DNA from: Syntrophorhabdaceae bacterium | Lineage (GTDB): Bacteria; Desulfobacterota; Syntrophorhabdia; Syntrophorhabdales; Syntrophorhabdaceae | Length of the DNA stretch: 64,000 bases | Reading direction: 5' to 3' | NCBI GenBank assembly: GCA_963665295.1 | Contig: OY762209.1 | Span: 4,640,001-4,704,000, forward strand | The notes under the pieces: generated by a model | Database searches by the model: none | Seen by the model: only the letters and a program-made list of their open reading frames with translations | What the model was told of the DNA's origin: nothing | Made by a program: the position numbers and the translations under genes | Shown here: positions 29,923-40,680 of the stretch, one piece after another | Numbering within the stretch: position 1 is the first letter of the stretch | Layout of the letters: each line of letters starts with the position of its first letter

Positions 29923-32900
29923 GGCCGGCTAAGGTCCTGACCCGGTTCAGCGCCCGTCTTCCTTGAGCGGTATGAACGTACGCGCTTTGCGAGGCGGTCG
30001 AAGGCAAGATAGATAACAGGCGTCGTATAGAGGGTCAGCAGTTGGCTGATGATCAATCCGCCCACAATGGTAATGCCCAGGGGCCGACGAAGCTCCGACC
30101 CCACACCCGTGCCCAGGGCAAGCGGGAGGGCGCCCAGGAGGGCCGCCATGGTGGTCATCATGATGGGGCGGAACCGGAGGAGCGAGGCCTGATAGATCGC
30201 GTCCCGGGGGCTTTTCCCTTCTTTACGTTCGGCTTCCAGCGCAAAATCGACCATCATAATACCGTTCTTCTTCACAATGCCTATGAGGAGGATAATCCCG
30301 ATAAGTGCAATAACGCTGAACTCCGATCCGCACATGAGGAGCGCGAGGATCGCCCCCACTCCCGCGGAAGGCAGGGTGGACAGGATAGTAATGGGGTGAA
30401 TGTAGCTTTCATACAGAATTCCAAGCACTATATAGACCGTCATGAGGGCCGCGAGGATCAGGACGGGTTCGTTCGCGAGGGAGACCCTGAAGGCCTGAGC
30501 GGTCCCCTGAAAGCTTCCCCTGATACTGGCGGGGAAATCCATCTTCTTCTCGGCCGACTCTATGGCCGTCACCGCGTCCCCGAGGGCCGCCCCCGGCGCG
30601 AGGTTGAAGGAGATCGTTCCGGCGGGAAACTGCCCCTGCCTGCTTATGACGAGGGGTCCCGTGGTTTCGGTGGTCCGCGTAAAGGCCGTGAGGGGCGTCT
30701 GCCCGCCCTGTATGCCGCTCAGGTATATGGATTGGAGCGCCTCCGGCCCCCTCTGAAATTCGGGTTTTACCGCGAGGATGACCCGGTACTGGTTCAACTG
30801 TGTAAAGATGGTGGAAACCTGCCGCTGACCGAAGGCATCGTAAAGGGCTTCGTCAATCATCTGGGGCGTTACGCCAAGGCGCGAGGCGGTATTGCGGTCG
30901 AACACCATGGACAATTGCAGTCCCTTGTCTTGCTGATCGCTGCTTACATCCCGCAGTTCCGGGTCCTTCTTGAGCGCATCGACCAGTTTGGGTGTCAGGC
31001 TGTTCAATTCATCGAGGTCAGGGTCTTCAAGGGTATACTGGTACTGGGTGCGTGTCACCCTCGCGTCGACCGTGAGATCCTGCACCGGCTGCATGAAAAG
31101 CGTAATTCCTTCGACTCCGGCCAGTTCGGGCTGAAGGCGGCGGATCACGTCGGAGGCGCTCAATTTCCTCTTCGACAGAGGCTTAAGGTTGATGAGTATC
31201 CGCCCGCTGTTAAGGGTCACGTTGGTACCGTCGATACCAATGAAGGACGAGAGGCTTTCCACGGCAGGGTCTTTCAGGATCACTTTGGCCAGGGCCTGCT
31301 GACGGTCCACCATGGCCTTGAAGGAAATCGACTGGGGCGCTTCGGATATCCCCTGGATGACCCCGGTGTCCTGAATAGGGAAGAACCCCTTGGGCACGAA
31401 GTAGAAAAGCAGAATTGTGAGGGCCAGGGTTCCGACGGCGACCCAGAGGGTCGGCTTCTGGTGTTCGAGCACCCACGTGAGGGTCCTCGCGTACAGGTCG
31501 ATAGCCCGGTCAAAAACCCTCTGGGACGACCGGTAAAACCTTCCCTGTTCCTTCTCCGGCTCGTGCTTGAGCAGTTTCGCGCACATCATAGGTGTAAGCG
31601 TAAGGGATACGACCGCGGAGATGACTATGGTGATACCGAGGGTAATGGCAAATTCCCGGAACAACCGCCCTACCACGTCCCCCATGAACAAAAGAGGGAT
31701 GAGCACTGCGATGAGGGAGACGGTGAGAGACAGGATCGTGAAACCGATCTGTTTCGATCCTTTTAGCGCCGCCTGGAGAGGGTGGTCCCCTGCCTCTATA
31801 TATCTCGCCACATTTTCGATCATAACAATGGCGTCGTCCACCACAAAACCGGTGGAAATGGTGAGGGCCATGAGGGAGAGGTTGTTGAGGCTGAAACCCA
31901 GCAGGTACATGGCGCCGAAAGTCCCGACGAGAGACAGGGGCACCGCCACGCTGGGGATTATGGTCGCCGCCGCGCTGCGCAGAAAGAGGAACATGACAAG
32001 CACCACGAGGGCCACAGCAAGCATCATCTCAAATTGCACGTCATGAACCGAGGCCCGGATTGTGGTAGTGCGGTCTGTCAGCACCGACACTTCCACTCCT
32101 GCAGGCAGGGCGCTTCTCAACATGGGAAGTACCTTTTTGACCCTGTCAACAACCTCGATTACATTCGCTCCCGGTTGACGCTGGATATTCACGATCACCG
32201 CAGGAGATCCGTTCATCCAGGCAGCCTGTTTCACGTTTTCCGCATCGTCTATGGCATCCGCCACGTCCGACAGTCTCACCGGGGCGCCGTTGCGATAGGC
32301 AACAATGAGGGACTGGTACTCTTTGCTCGTAAACAGCTGATCGTTGGCCCCCACGATATAGGAAAGACGAGGGCCGTCGAAACTCCCCTTCGCCTGATTC
32401 ACGTTGGCCGCCGCAATGGCGGTCCTCAGATTTTCCAGGGTGAGGTTATATGCCGCCAGGGCCACGGGGTTGGCATGGATCCGCACCGCGGGCCTCTGCC
32501 CCCCGCTGATGCTTACGAGCCCCACTCCGGGAAGCTGGGAAATCTTCTGGGTAAACCGCGTGTCCGCGAGGTCTTCCACCTGGGTGAGGGGAAGGGTCTT
32601 GGATGTCAATCCCAGGGTGAGAACCGGGGCATCCGCCGGGTTTACCTTGCTGTACACGGGCGGAATGGGAAGATCCTTGGGAAGATATGTAAAAGAAGCG
32701 TTGATGGCGGCCTGGACCTGCTGCTCCGCGACATCGAGACTCAGGTCCAGGGTGAACTGAAGGGTAATTATGGAGCTTCCATATGAACTTGTGGAAGTCA
32801 TCTGGGTAAGACCCGGCATCTGGCCGAACTGCCTCTCCAGGGGGGCTGTCACGGATGAAGCCATTACCTCCGGGCCTCCGCCCGGATAGAACGTCCTTAC

Positions 32901-33038
32901 CTGGATCGTCGGGTAGTCCACCTGTGGCAGGGCCGACACGGACAACTGTTTGTATGCCACGAGACCGGAGAGGAATATGGCGATCATGAGCAACGTGGTC
33001 GCCACCGGTCTGGTAATGAAAAGACGGGAGATATTCAT
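29919..33038 (-). CDS. mdtB: RND efflux permease, MdtB-like
   Basis: [35 protein letters not shown] and [14 protein letters not shown] motifs. Confidence 0.92.
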   Translation of the reverse strand: MNISRLFITRPVATTLLMIAIFLSGLVAYKQLSVSALPQVDYPTIQVRTFYPGGGPEVMASSVTAPLERQFGQMPGLTQMTSTSSYGSSIITLQFTLDLSLDVAEQQVQAAINASFTYLPKDLPIPPVYSKVNPADAPVLTLGLTSKTLPLTQVEDLADTRFTQKISQLPGVGLVSISGGQRPAVRIHANPVALAAYNLTLENLRTAIAAANVNQAKGSFDGPRLSYIVGANDQLFTSKEYQSLIVAYRNGAPVRLSDVADAIDDAENVKQAAWMNGSPAVIVNIQRQPGANVIEVVDRVKKVLPMLRSALPAGVEVSVLTDRTTTIRASVHDVQFEMMLAVALVVLVMFLFLRSAAATIIPSVAVPLSLVGTFGAMYLLGFSLNNLSLMALTISTGFVVDDAIVMIENVARYIEAGDHPLQAALKGSKQIGFTILSLTVSLIAVLIPLLFMGDVVGRLFREFAITLGITIVISAVVSLTLTPMMCAKLLKHEPEKEQGRFYRSSQRVFDRAIDLYARTLTWVLEHQKPTLWVAVGTLALTILLFYFVPKGFFPIQDTGVIQGISEAPQSISFKAMVDRQQALAKVILKDPAVESLSSFIGIDGTNVTLNSGRILINLKPLSKRKLSASDVIRRLQPELAGVEGITLFMQPVQDLTVDARVTRTQYQYTLEDPDLDELNSLTPKLVDALKKDPELRDVSSDQQDKGLQLSMVFDRNTASRLGVTPQMIDEALYDAFGQRQVSTIFTQLNQYRVILAVKPEFQRGPEALQSIYLSGIQGGQTPLTAFTRTTETTGPLVISRQGQFPAGTISFNLAPGAALGDAVTAIESAEKKMDFPASIRGSFQGTAQAFRVSLANEPVLILAALMTVYIVLGILYESYIHPITILSTLPSAGVGAILALLMCGSEFSVIALIGIILLIGIVKKNGIMMVDFALEAERKEGKSPRDAIYQASLLRFRPIMMTTMAALLGALPLALGTGVGSELRRPLGITIVGGLIISQLLTLYTTPVIYLAFDRLAKRVRSYRSRKTGAEPGQDLSRP

Positions 33039-34255
33039 CAGTGGCCCTTCTGAGGCGTCCCCTGGATACCTTGCCGCACTTCGACCCTGGCCCCCTCCCG
33101 GAGCCTGTCCGCGCCGTCCGTCACAACCAGTTCGCCCGGTGAGACCCCCGTCTTGATCGAGGCGCTGCCGCCTTGGATCTCACTCACCACGATGGGACGC
33201 ACGGTGGCTGTCTTGTCCTCCTTCACCACGTACGCGAAAGTACCCTGGGGACCGCGCTGTATGGCGGCGGAAGGTACGACAATGACGTCGCGCCTCACGT
33301 CAACGAGCAAACGGGCATTTACGAATTGATTCGGAAAGAGTTCATTCCCCTTATTAAGAAAGGTCGCCCTCAGCTTGACCGTCCCCGTGCCCGTGTCGAT
33401 CATGTTGTCGATCGTGGCAAGGACTCCCGTTGCGAGTTTTTCCTTCTGCTCCCGATCATAGGCCTCCACCTGCAGATGCGCACCTGTCTTGAACCTCTTG
33501 AATACGGGGGCGAGACTGTCTTCGGGGATCGGAAATATGACGGTAATGGGCTGGAGCTGGGTTATCACAAGGAGGCCGCTCGTATCAGCCACTCGGACCA
33601 TGTTGCCGGGGTCCACGAGGCGCAGCCCGACGCGCCCGGTAATGGGAGAGGTAATCCGGCAGTAGAACAACTGGAGCTTGGCGGTGTCGATCTGTGCCTG
33701 ATCGGCCCTGACAACGCCTTCATATTGTTTGACCACTGATTCCTGTGTGTCGAGTTGCTGTTTGGAGACGGAATCCTTCTTCCACAGGGTGCGGTAACGC
33801 TCGAGGTCAATCCTTGCATTAGCAAGAAAGGCCTGGTCACGGGCGAGCTGCCCCTCCGCCTGAGCCAACTGTACCTCGAAGGGTCTTGGGTCGATCAGGG
33901 CGAGAAGGTCCCCCTTGTTGACGCTCTGGCCTTCCTGATAGTATACGTTCATCAGTTGGCCGTCCACGCGGGTCTTGACGGTCACCGTATAAACCGGCGT
34001 AACCGTGCCGAGACCATTTACGTACACCCCGATATCCCCCTTCCTCGCTGCCGTCGCCGCGACAGGGGTGCTCCTGATCCGGCCCTTCTGCCCCTCGGCA
34101 GCGCGGGACTTTACCATTGCGGGCCTTATAAAAAAAATGTAGGCCCCTGCCGCCACAAGACAAAGGGCGAGCAGGATAAGCCACCATCGCATGAACCGCA
34201 TGGCGCGTCGAGGTTCCCCCGGCTCGTCTTTTTTCCCTGTCATTTCCGTCTCCAT
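33038..34255 (-). CDS. mdtA: RND efflux periplasmic adaptor, MdtA-like
   Basis: [39 protein letters not shown] and LFPNQFVN motifs. Confidence 0.92.
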   Translation of the reverse strand: METEMTGKKDEPGEPRRAMRFMRWWLILLALCLVAAGAYIFFIRPAMVKSRAAEGQKGRIRSTPVAATAARKGDIGVYVNGLGTVTPVYTVTVKTRVDGQLMNVYYQEGQSVNKGDLLALIDPRPFEVQLAQAEGQLARDQAFLANARIDLERYRTLWKKDSVSKQQLDTQESVVKQYEGVVRADQAQIDTAKLQLFYCRITSPITGRVGLRLVDPGNMVRVADTSGLLVITQLQPITVIFPIPEDSLAPVFKRFKTGAHLQVEAYDREQKEKLATGVLATIDNMIDTGTGTVKLRATFLNKGNELFPNQFVNARLLVDVRRDVIVVPSAAIQRGPQGTFAYVVKEDKTATVRPIVVSEIQGGSASIKTGVSPGELVVTDGADRLREGARVEVRQGIQGTPQKGH

Positions 34256-34397
34256 TCTCTTAACGCCTCCATAATGTCGATGCCCATGGGCTTTATGCAG
34301 CGGTTCCTTTCCGTCTTTATTTCAACAATCCGAACCTTCTCAATTCCTTCATGCTTTTCTCCATATCTGCCGCTCCTTCCTGATGGCCCCCATTGTC

Positions 34398-34452
34398 AGC
34401 ATAAAGGGTAAATGTGGGAGGACGGTGAAGAGATTGTGAAGAATTGTGAAGA
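34398..34452 (-). promoter_or_regulatory. mdtA promoter with three tandem direct repeats (OmpR/BaeR-type box candidate)
   Basis: GTGAAGA at 34425, 34436 and 34446 (+ strand), covering the -35 region of a TATGCT -10 (34403-34398). Confidence 0.55.
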
Positions 34453-34557
34453 TAGATCGACCACCATGCTTTTATTCTCTTCGATACGTCCCACTCAGTC
34501 AAGAAAAACCTGCCACAGTGTTCGCGCCCAGCCATGGTCCGGCGGCGCCGGGCATGG

Positions 34558-35787
34558 TCATTCATAACGTAGCGCGTCTATGGGGCTCAGGAGCGACGCC
34601 TTGTAGGCCGGGTAGAAACCGAAAAAGATACCCACTATGCCTGAAAACACAAAGGCTCCCGTTCCCGCAGCCGCCGATACCACCGTGGGCCATCCCGCAG
34701 CCGCCGAAAGTACCTTGGAGCCCGATATACCCAGCGCAACGCCTATAATGCCGCCCATAAGGGAAAGGATAACGGCTTCCATAATGAACTGGAGCCTGAT
34801 ATCCCATGTCTTCGCCCCCACAGCCATCCTGATGCCTATCTCCCGGGTCCTCTCGGTGACGGAAACGAGCATTATGTTCATAATGCCTATCCCGCCCACA
34901 ATGAGGGAGACAGAGGCTATGGCCCCGAGGAGCAAGGTCATTACCCGCGCGGACTGCTGGGTCACCTCCATCATCTGAGTCAGATTTCTGATGGAAAAAT
35001 CCTCATCCTGCTTGAAGCTGATGTGATGCCTCTGGCGGAGCAGCGACCTCACCTGGTCCTCTGCGCTATTCAGTTCCTCAAGGCTTTTCGCCTTTACCAT
35101 GATGGTCCGCACCATGCCGGGAAAAGCCGTTCCGAAAAGTTTTTTCTGCGCCGTGGTGACGGGCACCATTATTGTGTCGTCCTGGTCCTGGCCTTGAGCG
35201 GATTGCCCTTTTGTCTCCAGGACCCCTATCACCCTGAAAGGTATCTTCTTTATCCTGATAACCTGTTCAAGGGGATCGATACCGCCGAACAGGCTATCCA
35301 CCACGGTCCGGCCCAGGAGGGCCACTTTTGTCGCGCTCCTCACATCCTCGTCGGTAAAGCCCCTTCCCTCGGCAAGGGGCCAGTCCCTCACCACCAGCAT
35401 GCCCGGTGATGTCCCGGAAACACCGGTTGACCAGTTCAGGTTGCCGTACACGATCTGGGCCGCGCCGTTAAGGACGGGCGCAACCTCTTCAACTGCGGGA
35501 CAATCCTTCAGGATAGCCTCGGCGTCGCCCATAGTGAGAGTCGGCTGGCTTCCCGAGCCCATCCTCACTCCTCCAGAGGTAGAGCTTCCGGGCATAACGA
35601 TCAGGAGGTTGGTCCCCATGCTCGATATCTGGCTCGCTATCTGCCTGCTCGCGCCCGTGCCTACCGCGAGCATGGCGATTACGGCCCCTACCCCGATGAT
35701 GATACCGAGCATGGTAAGGCCGGAGCGCATCTTGTTTACCCTGAGCGCCCTCAAAGCAATGCGCGCGGTCCATGGAACGTCAATCAC
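34558..35787 (-). CDS. MacB-like ABC exporter permease
   Basis: NKMRSGLTMLGIIIGV, GGIGIMNIMLVSVTERTREIGIRMAVGA and PIDALRYE motifs. Confidence 0.93.
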   Translation of the reverse strand: MIDVPWTARIALRALRVNKMRSGLTMLGIIIGVGAVIAMLAVGTGASRQIASQISSMGTNLLIVMPGSSTSGGVRMGSGSQPTLTMGDAEAILKDCPAVEEVAPVLNGAAQIVYGNLNWSTGVSGTSPGMLVVRDWPLAEGRGFTDEDVRSATKVALLGRTVVDSLFGGIDPLEQVIRIKKIPFRVIGVLETKGQSAQGQDQDDTIMVPVTTAQKKLFGTAFPGMVRTIMVKAKSLEELNSAEDQVRSLLRQRHHISFKQDEDFSIRNLTQMMEVTQQSARVMTLLLGAIASVSLIVGGIGIMNIMLVSVTERTREIGIRMAVGAKTWDIRLQFIMEAVILSLMGGIIGVALGISGSKVLSAAAGWPTVVSAAAGTGAFVFSGIVGIFFGFYPAYKASLLSPIDALRYE

Positions 35788-35802
35788 TATGGCCTTCCTC
35801 CG

Positions 35803-36507
35803 TCAACATGCGGATCCCGCCGCACCCACCGGTCCGTCCGCCGTCATACGGCCGTCCGTGAAGTGGATCGCCCTTCTGCTGTATGCCGCGATATCCGGTT
35901 CATGGGTCACGAGGATCACCGTGATATTCCCCTCTTCGTTCAATCTCCGAAAGAGTTCCATTATTTCTATGCTCGTCTTGCTGTCAAGGTTCCCTGTGGG
36001 TTCATCGGCAAGGATAATGGGCGCCTGATTCGCTATGGCCCTCGCTATGGCCACCCTCTGTTGCTGCCCTCCCGAAAGCTGATTGGGCGTGTGATGCTCC
36101 CGTCCCTCGAGGCCCACAATTCTCAGAGACTCGATTGCCTTCTCCCTCCTCTCTTTCGCAGCCACGGAACTGTAGAGCATGGGCAGTTCCACGTTTTCGA
36201 GGGCGGTGGTCCTGGGAAGAAGGTTGAAACCCTGAAATACGAAACCGATCTTCCGGTTCCTTATCTCCGCAAGCTCGTCCCTTTCGAGGCGCGCCACATC
36301 GACGCCTTCGAGGAGATAGTGGCCGGCGGTGGGCTTATCCAGACAGCCGAGGATATTCATGAGGGTCGACTTCCCTGAACCCGAGTGTCCCATGATGGCC
36401 ATCATTTCACCACGTTCCACGGTAAGCGAGACATCATCGAGGGCCCTGACTTCCACGTCGCCCACCTGATATATCTTGCTGATATTGCGGATATCGATCA
36501 GCGGCAT
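35803..36507 (-). CDS. MacB/LolD-type ABC ATP-binding protein
   Basis: GHSGSGKST, LSGGQQQRVAIAR, ADEPTGNLD and VTHE motifs. Confidence 0.95.
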   Translation of the reverse strand: MPLIDIRNISKIYQVGDVEVRALDDVSLTVERGEMMAIMGHSGSGKSTLMNILGCLDKPTAGHYLLEGVDVARLERDELAEIRNRKIGFVFQGFNLLPRTTALENVELPMLYSSVAAKERREKAIESLRIVGLEGREHHTPNQLSGGQQQRVAIARAIANQAPIILADEPTGNLDSKTSIEIMELFRRLNEEGNITVILVTHEPDIAAYSRRAIHFTDGRMTADGPVGAAGSAC

Positions 36508-37683
36508 CTATCTTCGGACCTTGGGCATCAGGGATGTGGAATTACCGTTCGGCCCTTTCGACAGAGATTCGGTAATGACCTCCTGTCCCTCCCTGAAGTC
36601 ACCCGACACAATCTCCGTAGAGGTCCCGTCGGTTATCCCGGTCTTTACTTCCATCCGTCTGGGTTTTCCCGCTTCAAGTACCCACACTGCCTGCCCCTTC
36701 TTCAAGGGCCGGGCCGTTGTTTTCGGCTCCTTTTCCTGCGGCCTGAACCTTAAGGCCCCGTTCGGGAGGCGAAGCACCCCGTCCTTTGTGGCCGTAATGA
36801 TGGAGACGTTGGCCGTCATTCCCGGTTTCAGTCTGAGGTCCTTGTTCCCCACATGTATGACCACGTCATAAGTGACCACGTTCTGCACTGTAATGGGAGA
36901 GATGCGGATCTGGGAGACCTTTCCCTTAAAGAGGATGTCCGGATAGGCGTCCACATTAAAGTCAACCTCCTGTCCCACCTGTACCTTGCCGATATCCGCC
37001 TCGTCCACGTTCGTGTCTATCTGCATCCTCGTCAAATCCTGGGCAATGTAAAAAAGGGTCGGTGTCTGAAAACTCGCGGCAACGGTCTGTCCCACATCCA
37101 CGTTCCTCGATACCACGATGCCGTCCACCGGCGAAAGTATTCGCGTGTACCTCAGGTTCGTTTCCGCGTAGTCAAGGGCGCCCTTCATCTGCGCCGCCTG
37201 GGCTTCGAGGGCCTTTACCTGGGCATCCGTCGAAAGCCAGGTTGCCTCCGCGGTATCGTAATCAGCCTGGGCGATCAGGTCTTTGGAGATAAGTTCTTTG
37301 TTCCGGTCGCGGGTCCTCTTCGCATTGAGAAGAGTGGCCTTGAGGCCCAGGACGGATGCCTGCGCCTGGGCGAGGTTGGCCCTGGCCTGGTCCACCTGCG
37401 CCTGGAATGTGGCAGGGTCTATCTGGGCAATGACCTGGCCTTTCTTCACCACCGAATTGTACGTGGCATAGATGTGTTTGATCGTCCCCGATACCTGGGT
37501 GCCCACATTCACCGTCACTACGGGGTTCACCGTGCCCGTGGCCGTCACGGTGGCACGTATTGCTCCCTTCGTGACCGGCGCGGTCTTAAACCGTATGACG
37601 CCTTTCTTCCCTGCGAAGGCATACCAGATACCCGCCCCCGCAACAATCAGGATACACAGAGCGGCAATAACCTTTTTCTTCAT
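36508..37683 (-). CDS. MacA-like periplasmic adaptor
   Basis: ATGTVNP..VNVGTQVSG, SPVDG.VVSRNVDVGQTVAAS and LKPGMTANV motifs. Confidence 0.92.
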   Translation of the reverse strand: MKKKVIAALCILIVAGAGIWYAFAGKKGVIRFKTAPVTKGAIRATVTATGTVNPVVTVNVGTQVSGTIKHIYATYNSVVKKGQVIAQIDPATFQAQVDQARANLAQAQASVLGLKATLLNAKRTRDRNKELISKDLIAQADYDTAEATWLSTDAQVKALEAQAAQMKGALDYAETNLRYTRILSPVDGIVVSRNVDVGQTVAASFQTPTLFYIAQDLTRMQIDTNVDEADIGKVQVGQEVDFNVDAYPDILFKGKVSQIRISPITVQNVVTYDVVIHVGNKDLRLKPGMTANVSIITATKDGVLRLPNGALRFRPQEKEPKTTARPLKKGQAVWVLEAGKPRRMEVKTGITDGTSTEIVSGDFREGQEVITESLSKGPNGNSTSLMPKVRR

Positions 37684-39056
37684 CTCTCACCCATAGCCAT
37701 CTCGATGTTCGCCACGGCGATCTTATAATCGTAAAGGGCCTGGGTATAAGAAATCTCCGCCGTTGCAAGGGCCGCGACGGAATCCGCCACTTCTATGGGG
37801 CTTCCCACCCCGGCCTTATACCGCCCTGTTGCAAGCCCCAGGTTCTCTCTGCCCTGCCTTACGCCCACCTCGCCCGCCGCGATCCTCTCCCCTGCGTCGC
37901 GCAGATTGGAATAGGCCTGCTGGATCTGAAGAAGTATGTCCTGTTTGAGGGACAATTCGTTTGCGGACGCCACGTCCCTTGCGCTCACCGCTTCCTGGAC
38001 CTGGTACGTGGTGAGAAAACCCGAAAAAATGGGAAAACTCAAATTCGCCCCCAGGGACCAGCCATTGTCCAGGGGAAAGGCGGACCCCGTGAAATAGTAA
38101 CTCGCGCTCCCCGTCACTACGGGCCAATAACCCTTCTGGGAAAGATTGATCGATTCTCTGGCTGCTTCCCGCTTCTTGATCAGCGACTGAAGGTCGGGCC
38201 GCTGCATATAGGCCTTCTTCACCGCGTTATCCGGAGGCATGCGGTACTCTGCAAAAGAGAGCGAGTCCACAGGCACATAGTCGTCGGGCGCCGATGGCAT
38301 TCCCATGGCGTTGTTGAGGATTATCCTCGCGACTCGTATCTGGTTCTCGGCCTTGATGAGATTGACCCTCGCGTTGCTCAAGTCCACCTCGGCCTTTGTC
38401 ACCGCGAATTTCGGTTGCGTCCCCGCCTTGTAGAAACCCTGGGCCTGGCGAAGGTGATCCTGGAATTGGCGCACTGTTTCCTTGACCGCGTCCCGGTTCC
38501 TCTGGGCCTGCAGGAGGTTGAAATACCCCTGTTTCACGTTGAGGGCTATCTGATTCCGCACATTCTCGAGATCGGACCGGGTGGACTCCGTGGTAAGACT
38601 CTGGACCTTTACCTGACTCGATATCTTGCCGAAGTCATAAATCGTCTGGGTCACGCTCGCGCTGCTCGTGTACTGATCGAAGGGCCCGCCGCCTGTGGAG
38701 GAATAGGTCGTCCCGGAAGGAAGGCCCGCCGTGGAGGTTACCGACGTATTGCGGCTCGTTGCGGGCATTGACCTCATGTAGGTCTCCGTAAGACTGATCT
38801 GAGGGTAATAGTTCGCCCTGGCTTCACCGACCCTCGCTTCGTAAACCTTCACCGTGCTCATCCCCGCCTTGATGACAGGGTGGTTCTTCAAACCGATCTC
38901 GATTGCGTGGGACAGGGTCAATGCCTCGCCCGGTGCAATCGTATCCGCCCGGACAATTCCTGCCCTGCACGGGAAGAGACCGAGCACAAGAAAGAGGGCA
39001 AATGATAATCCCGCACCTGATTCCTTAAAAAAGATTCTAAATCTACGGAAGGACAC
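37680..39056 (-). CDS. TolC-family outer membrane protein
   Basis: Signal peptide and two OEP repeats (YYPQIS...QTIYDFG; FPIFSG...RYKAGVG). Confidence 0.9.
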   Translation of the reverse strand: MSFRRFRIFFKESGAGLSFALFLVLGLFPCRAGIVRADTIAPGEALTLSHAIEIGLKNHPVIKAGMSTVKVYEARVGEARANYYPQISLTETYMRSMPATSRNTSVTSTAGLPSGTTYSSTGGGPFDQYTSSASVTQTIYDFGKISSQVKVQSLTTESTRSDLENVRNQIALNVKQGYFNLLQAQRNRDAVKETVRQFQDHLRQAQGFYKAGTQPKFAVTKAEVDLSNARVNLIKAENQIRVARIILNNAMGMPSAPDDYVPVDSLSFAEYRMPPDNAVKKAYMQRPDLQSLIKKREAARESINLSQKGYWPVVTGSASYYFTGSAFPLDNGWSLGANLSFPIFSGFLTTYQVQEAVSARDVASANELSLKQDILLQIQQAYSNLRDAGERIAAGEVGVRQGRENLGLATGRYKAGVGSPIEVADSVAALATAEISYTQALYDYKIAVANIEMAMGER

Positions 39057-39081
39057 GTCCCTGGCTTCTCCGATTATTGGT

Positions 39082-39139
39082 TGAACATCCGTTCATGTGA
39101 ACTAAGGTTCAGTATATAGCACCCGCCAATTAATGTCAA
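39082..39139 (-). promoter_or_regulatory. tolC-mac promoter with a tandem TGAAC-N4-GTTCA operator
   Basis: TTGACA (39139-39134), 17 nt, TATACT (39116-39111); palindromes at 39098-39111 and 39082-39095. Confidence 0.75.
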
Positions 39140-39173
39140 CGATGCCGACGGTTTGCGAGTTGCCGACGCCTTG

Positions 39174-39932
39174 TCAGCCTTCTCTGGAGAATTCGAGGGA
39201 CGGGATGTCGGTCTTGTCGAGAAGATACTCTTCCCGAATGCGCGTATGGCTCCTGAACAGGTTCTTCTTCACGTTCCGGTTGTGTTTCCTCATTTCTTCG
39301 ATAAGCCCTTTTACTACCTTTCTCTTGGACGTGTCGCTGTGGGGGCATTGGGAAGCGATGACGGGCAGCGCAAGTTTCTGGGCCAGGGTGCGGATCTCCT
39401 TTTCCTCCACATATGCGAGAGGCCGGATGATGGCGAGTTCACCGCCAAACATCTCCTGGTACGGTTGCATGGTGCCTATCTCCCCCTGAAAGATAAGGTT
39501 AAGCATCATGGTCTCCACAATATCGTCCATGTGGTGAGCGAAGGCTATTTTTGTTGCGCCTATGTCGCGGGCAAGGTTGAAAAGGGCTTTTCTTCTGTTC
39601 CAACTGCACCAGAAGCAACGGGGTGCATCTTCTCCCCCCTTCCAGTCCTCCGCAGGCTTCGTGATCACGTAGGGGACCGATTCCTTTTCAAAGTGCGCCA
39701 CCAGGGCCCCTGTATCCATCCATTTGAAACCCATGTCTACATGGCAGGCCACGATCTCGTGACGGACGGGCACGTATTTAACCCTTTCCTGCATAATCCT
39801 GAGAAGGGACAGACTGTCCTTGCCCCCGGAGACTGCCACGATGATCTTGTCTCCATCCTTGAGCATCTTATAGTCCCAGGCGGCTTTGCCTACCTTCTTT
39901 GTGATGAAATAGAGGGCCTTCGGTACGTTCAT
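39174..39932 (-). CDS. ttcA: tRNA 2-thiocytidine biosynthesis protein, TtcA family
   Basis: VAVSGGKDS PP-loop, CFWCSWNRR, AHHMDDIVET, IIRPL and CP motifs. Confidence 0.88.
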   Translation of the reverse strand: MNVPKALYFITKKVGKAAWDYKMLKDGDKIIVAVSGGKDSLSLLRIMQERVKYVPVRHEIVACHVDMGFKWMDTGALVAHFEKESVPYVITKPAEDWKGGEDAPRCFWCSWNRRKALFNLARDIGATKIAFAHHMDDIVETMMLNLIFQGEIGTMQPYQEMFGGELAIIRPLAYVEEKEIRTLAQKLALPVIASQCPHSDTSKRKVVKGLIEEMRKHNRNVKKNLFRSHTRIREEYLLDKTDIPSLEFSREG

Positions 39933-39936
39933 CCGG

Positions 39937-40479
39937 CTATATGATCGATTGGGCGAGCTTCCCGGCCCTTTCCATGTACTCCACGCCGACCACGCCCTTT
40001 TCCGTGCATCCCGGGGCTTCCACGCTTCCTACCCAGTCGAGTTTGAGGAGGTCGAAGGTCTTGCGGAACATGTCCAGCGCAGGCTCGCAGGTATCCATGG
40101 TCTTGTCGGCGAAGGTTATGAGGGTAATCGCTTTCTTTCCTTCAATCCTCGACTTGTACTCTTCGTCCATAAACGCCATAGACCTGTCCATGACAAGCTT
40201 CAGTTGACCCGACGGGCCGAACCAGTATATGGGGGTGGCATAGACGATAAGGTCCGATTCGAGAATGTATTTCCGTATATCCTTCATATCGTCGTTTATC
40301 CCGCACGCGCCGTCCTTCAGGCATGCGCAACAGCCCTGGCAGGGCCTGATGTTCATATCATTGAGGTAAAGCATTCTCACATTGCTTCCCCCGGCTTTCA
40401 ATGTGTCGGATATGGTCCGGGCGAGTTGGATGGTGTTACCTTCCTTTCTCGGGCTTCCAAAGAGAATAACCGTCTTCAA
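39937..40479 (-). CDS. iron-sulfur flavoprotein / flavodoxin-family protein
   Basis: GSPRKEGNT, PCQGCCAC...C..NDDM, ATPIYW and LKLVMDR motifs; AGGAGG SD, TTG start. TTGACC-18-TATAAT at 40541-40512. Confidence 0.88.
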   Translation of the reverse strand: MKTVILFGSPRKEGNTIQLARTISDTLKAGGSNVRMLYLNDMNIRPCQGCCACLKDGACGINDDMKDIRKYILESDLIVYATPIYWFGPSGQLKLVMDRSMAFMDEEYKSRIEGKKAITLITFADKTMDTCEPALDMFRKTFDLLKLDWVGSVEAPGCTEKGVVGVEYMERAGKLAQSII

Positions 40480-40680
40480 GGCAAGTCCTCCTTTGCTATG
40501 GTTGGTACCTAATTATATGCGTATTAACGTTAAAGGGTCAAGGACAGCGTGAGAATGAATGGGCGCACCGAAACCGGATATCGCGAAAAGGGGGAAAACA
40601 ACAGGCGTCCTTACGGGCACGCCTCCGGGAAATCCTTTGCGCCGGGCGCCGTCACGGCGCCCGGAGAACCGTCAAAGTAT

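Noticed and set aside
26950..30400. Near-identical DNA stretches around 26960-27270 and 30080-30390
   Set aside because: These are the conserved C-terminal TM regions of the paralogues mdtC and mdtB, not a mobile repeat.
30042..31766. Long antisense ORFs (also 990-2447, 17614-18891, 42869-44656 and 40549-41964)
   Set aside because: Shadow frames of well-supported genes in GC-rich DNA, with no motifs of their own.
34317..34565. 82-aa ORF between the mac and mdt clusters
   Set aside because: It spans the predicted promoter and repeats. Only its last 15 codons have an SD, and these are reported as a uORF candidate.
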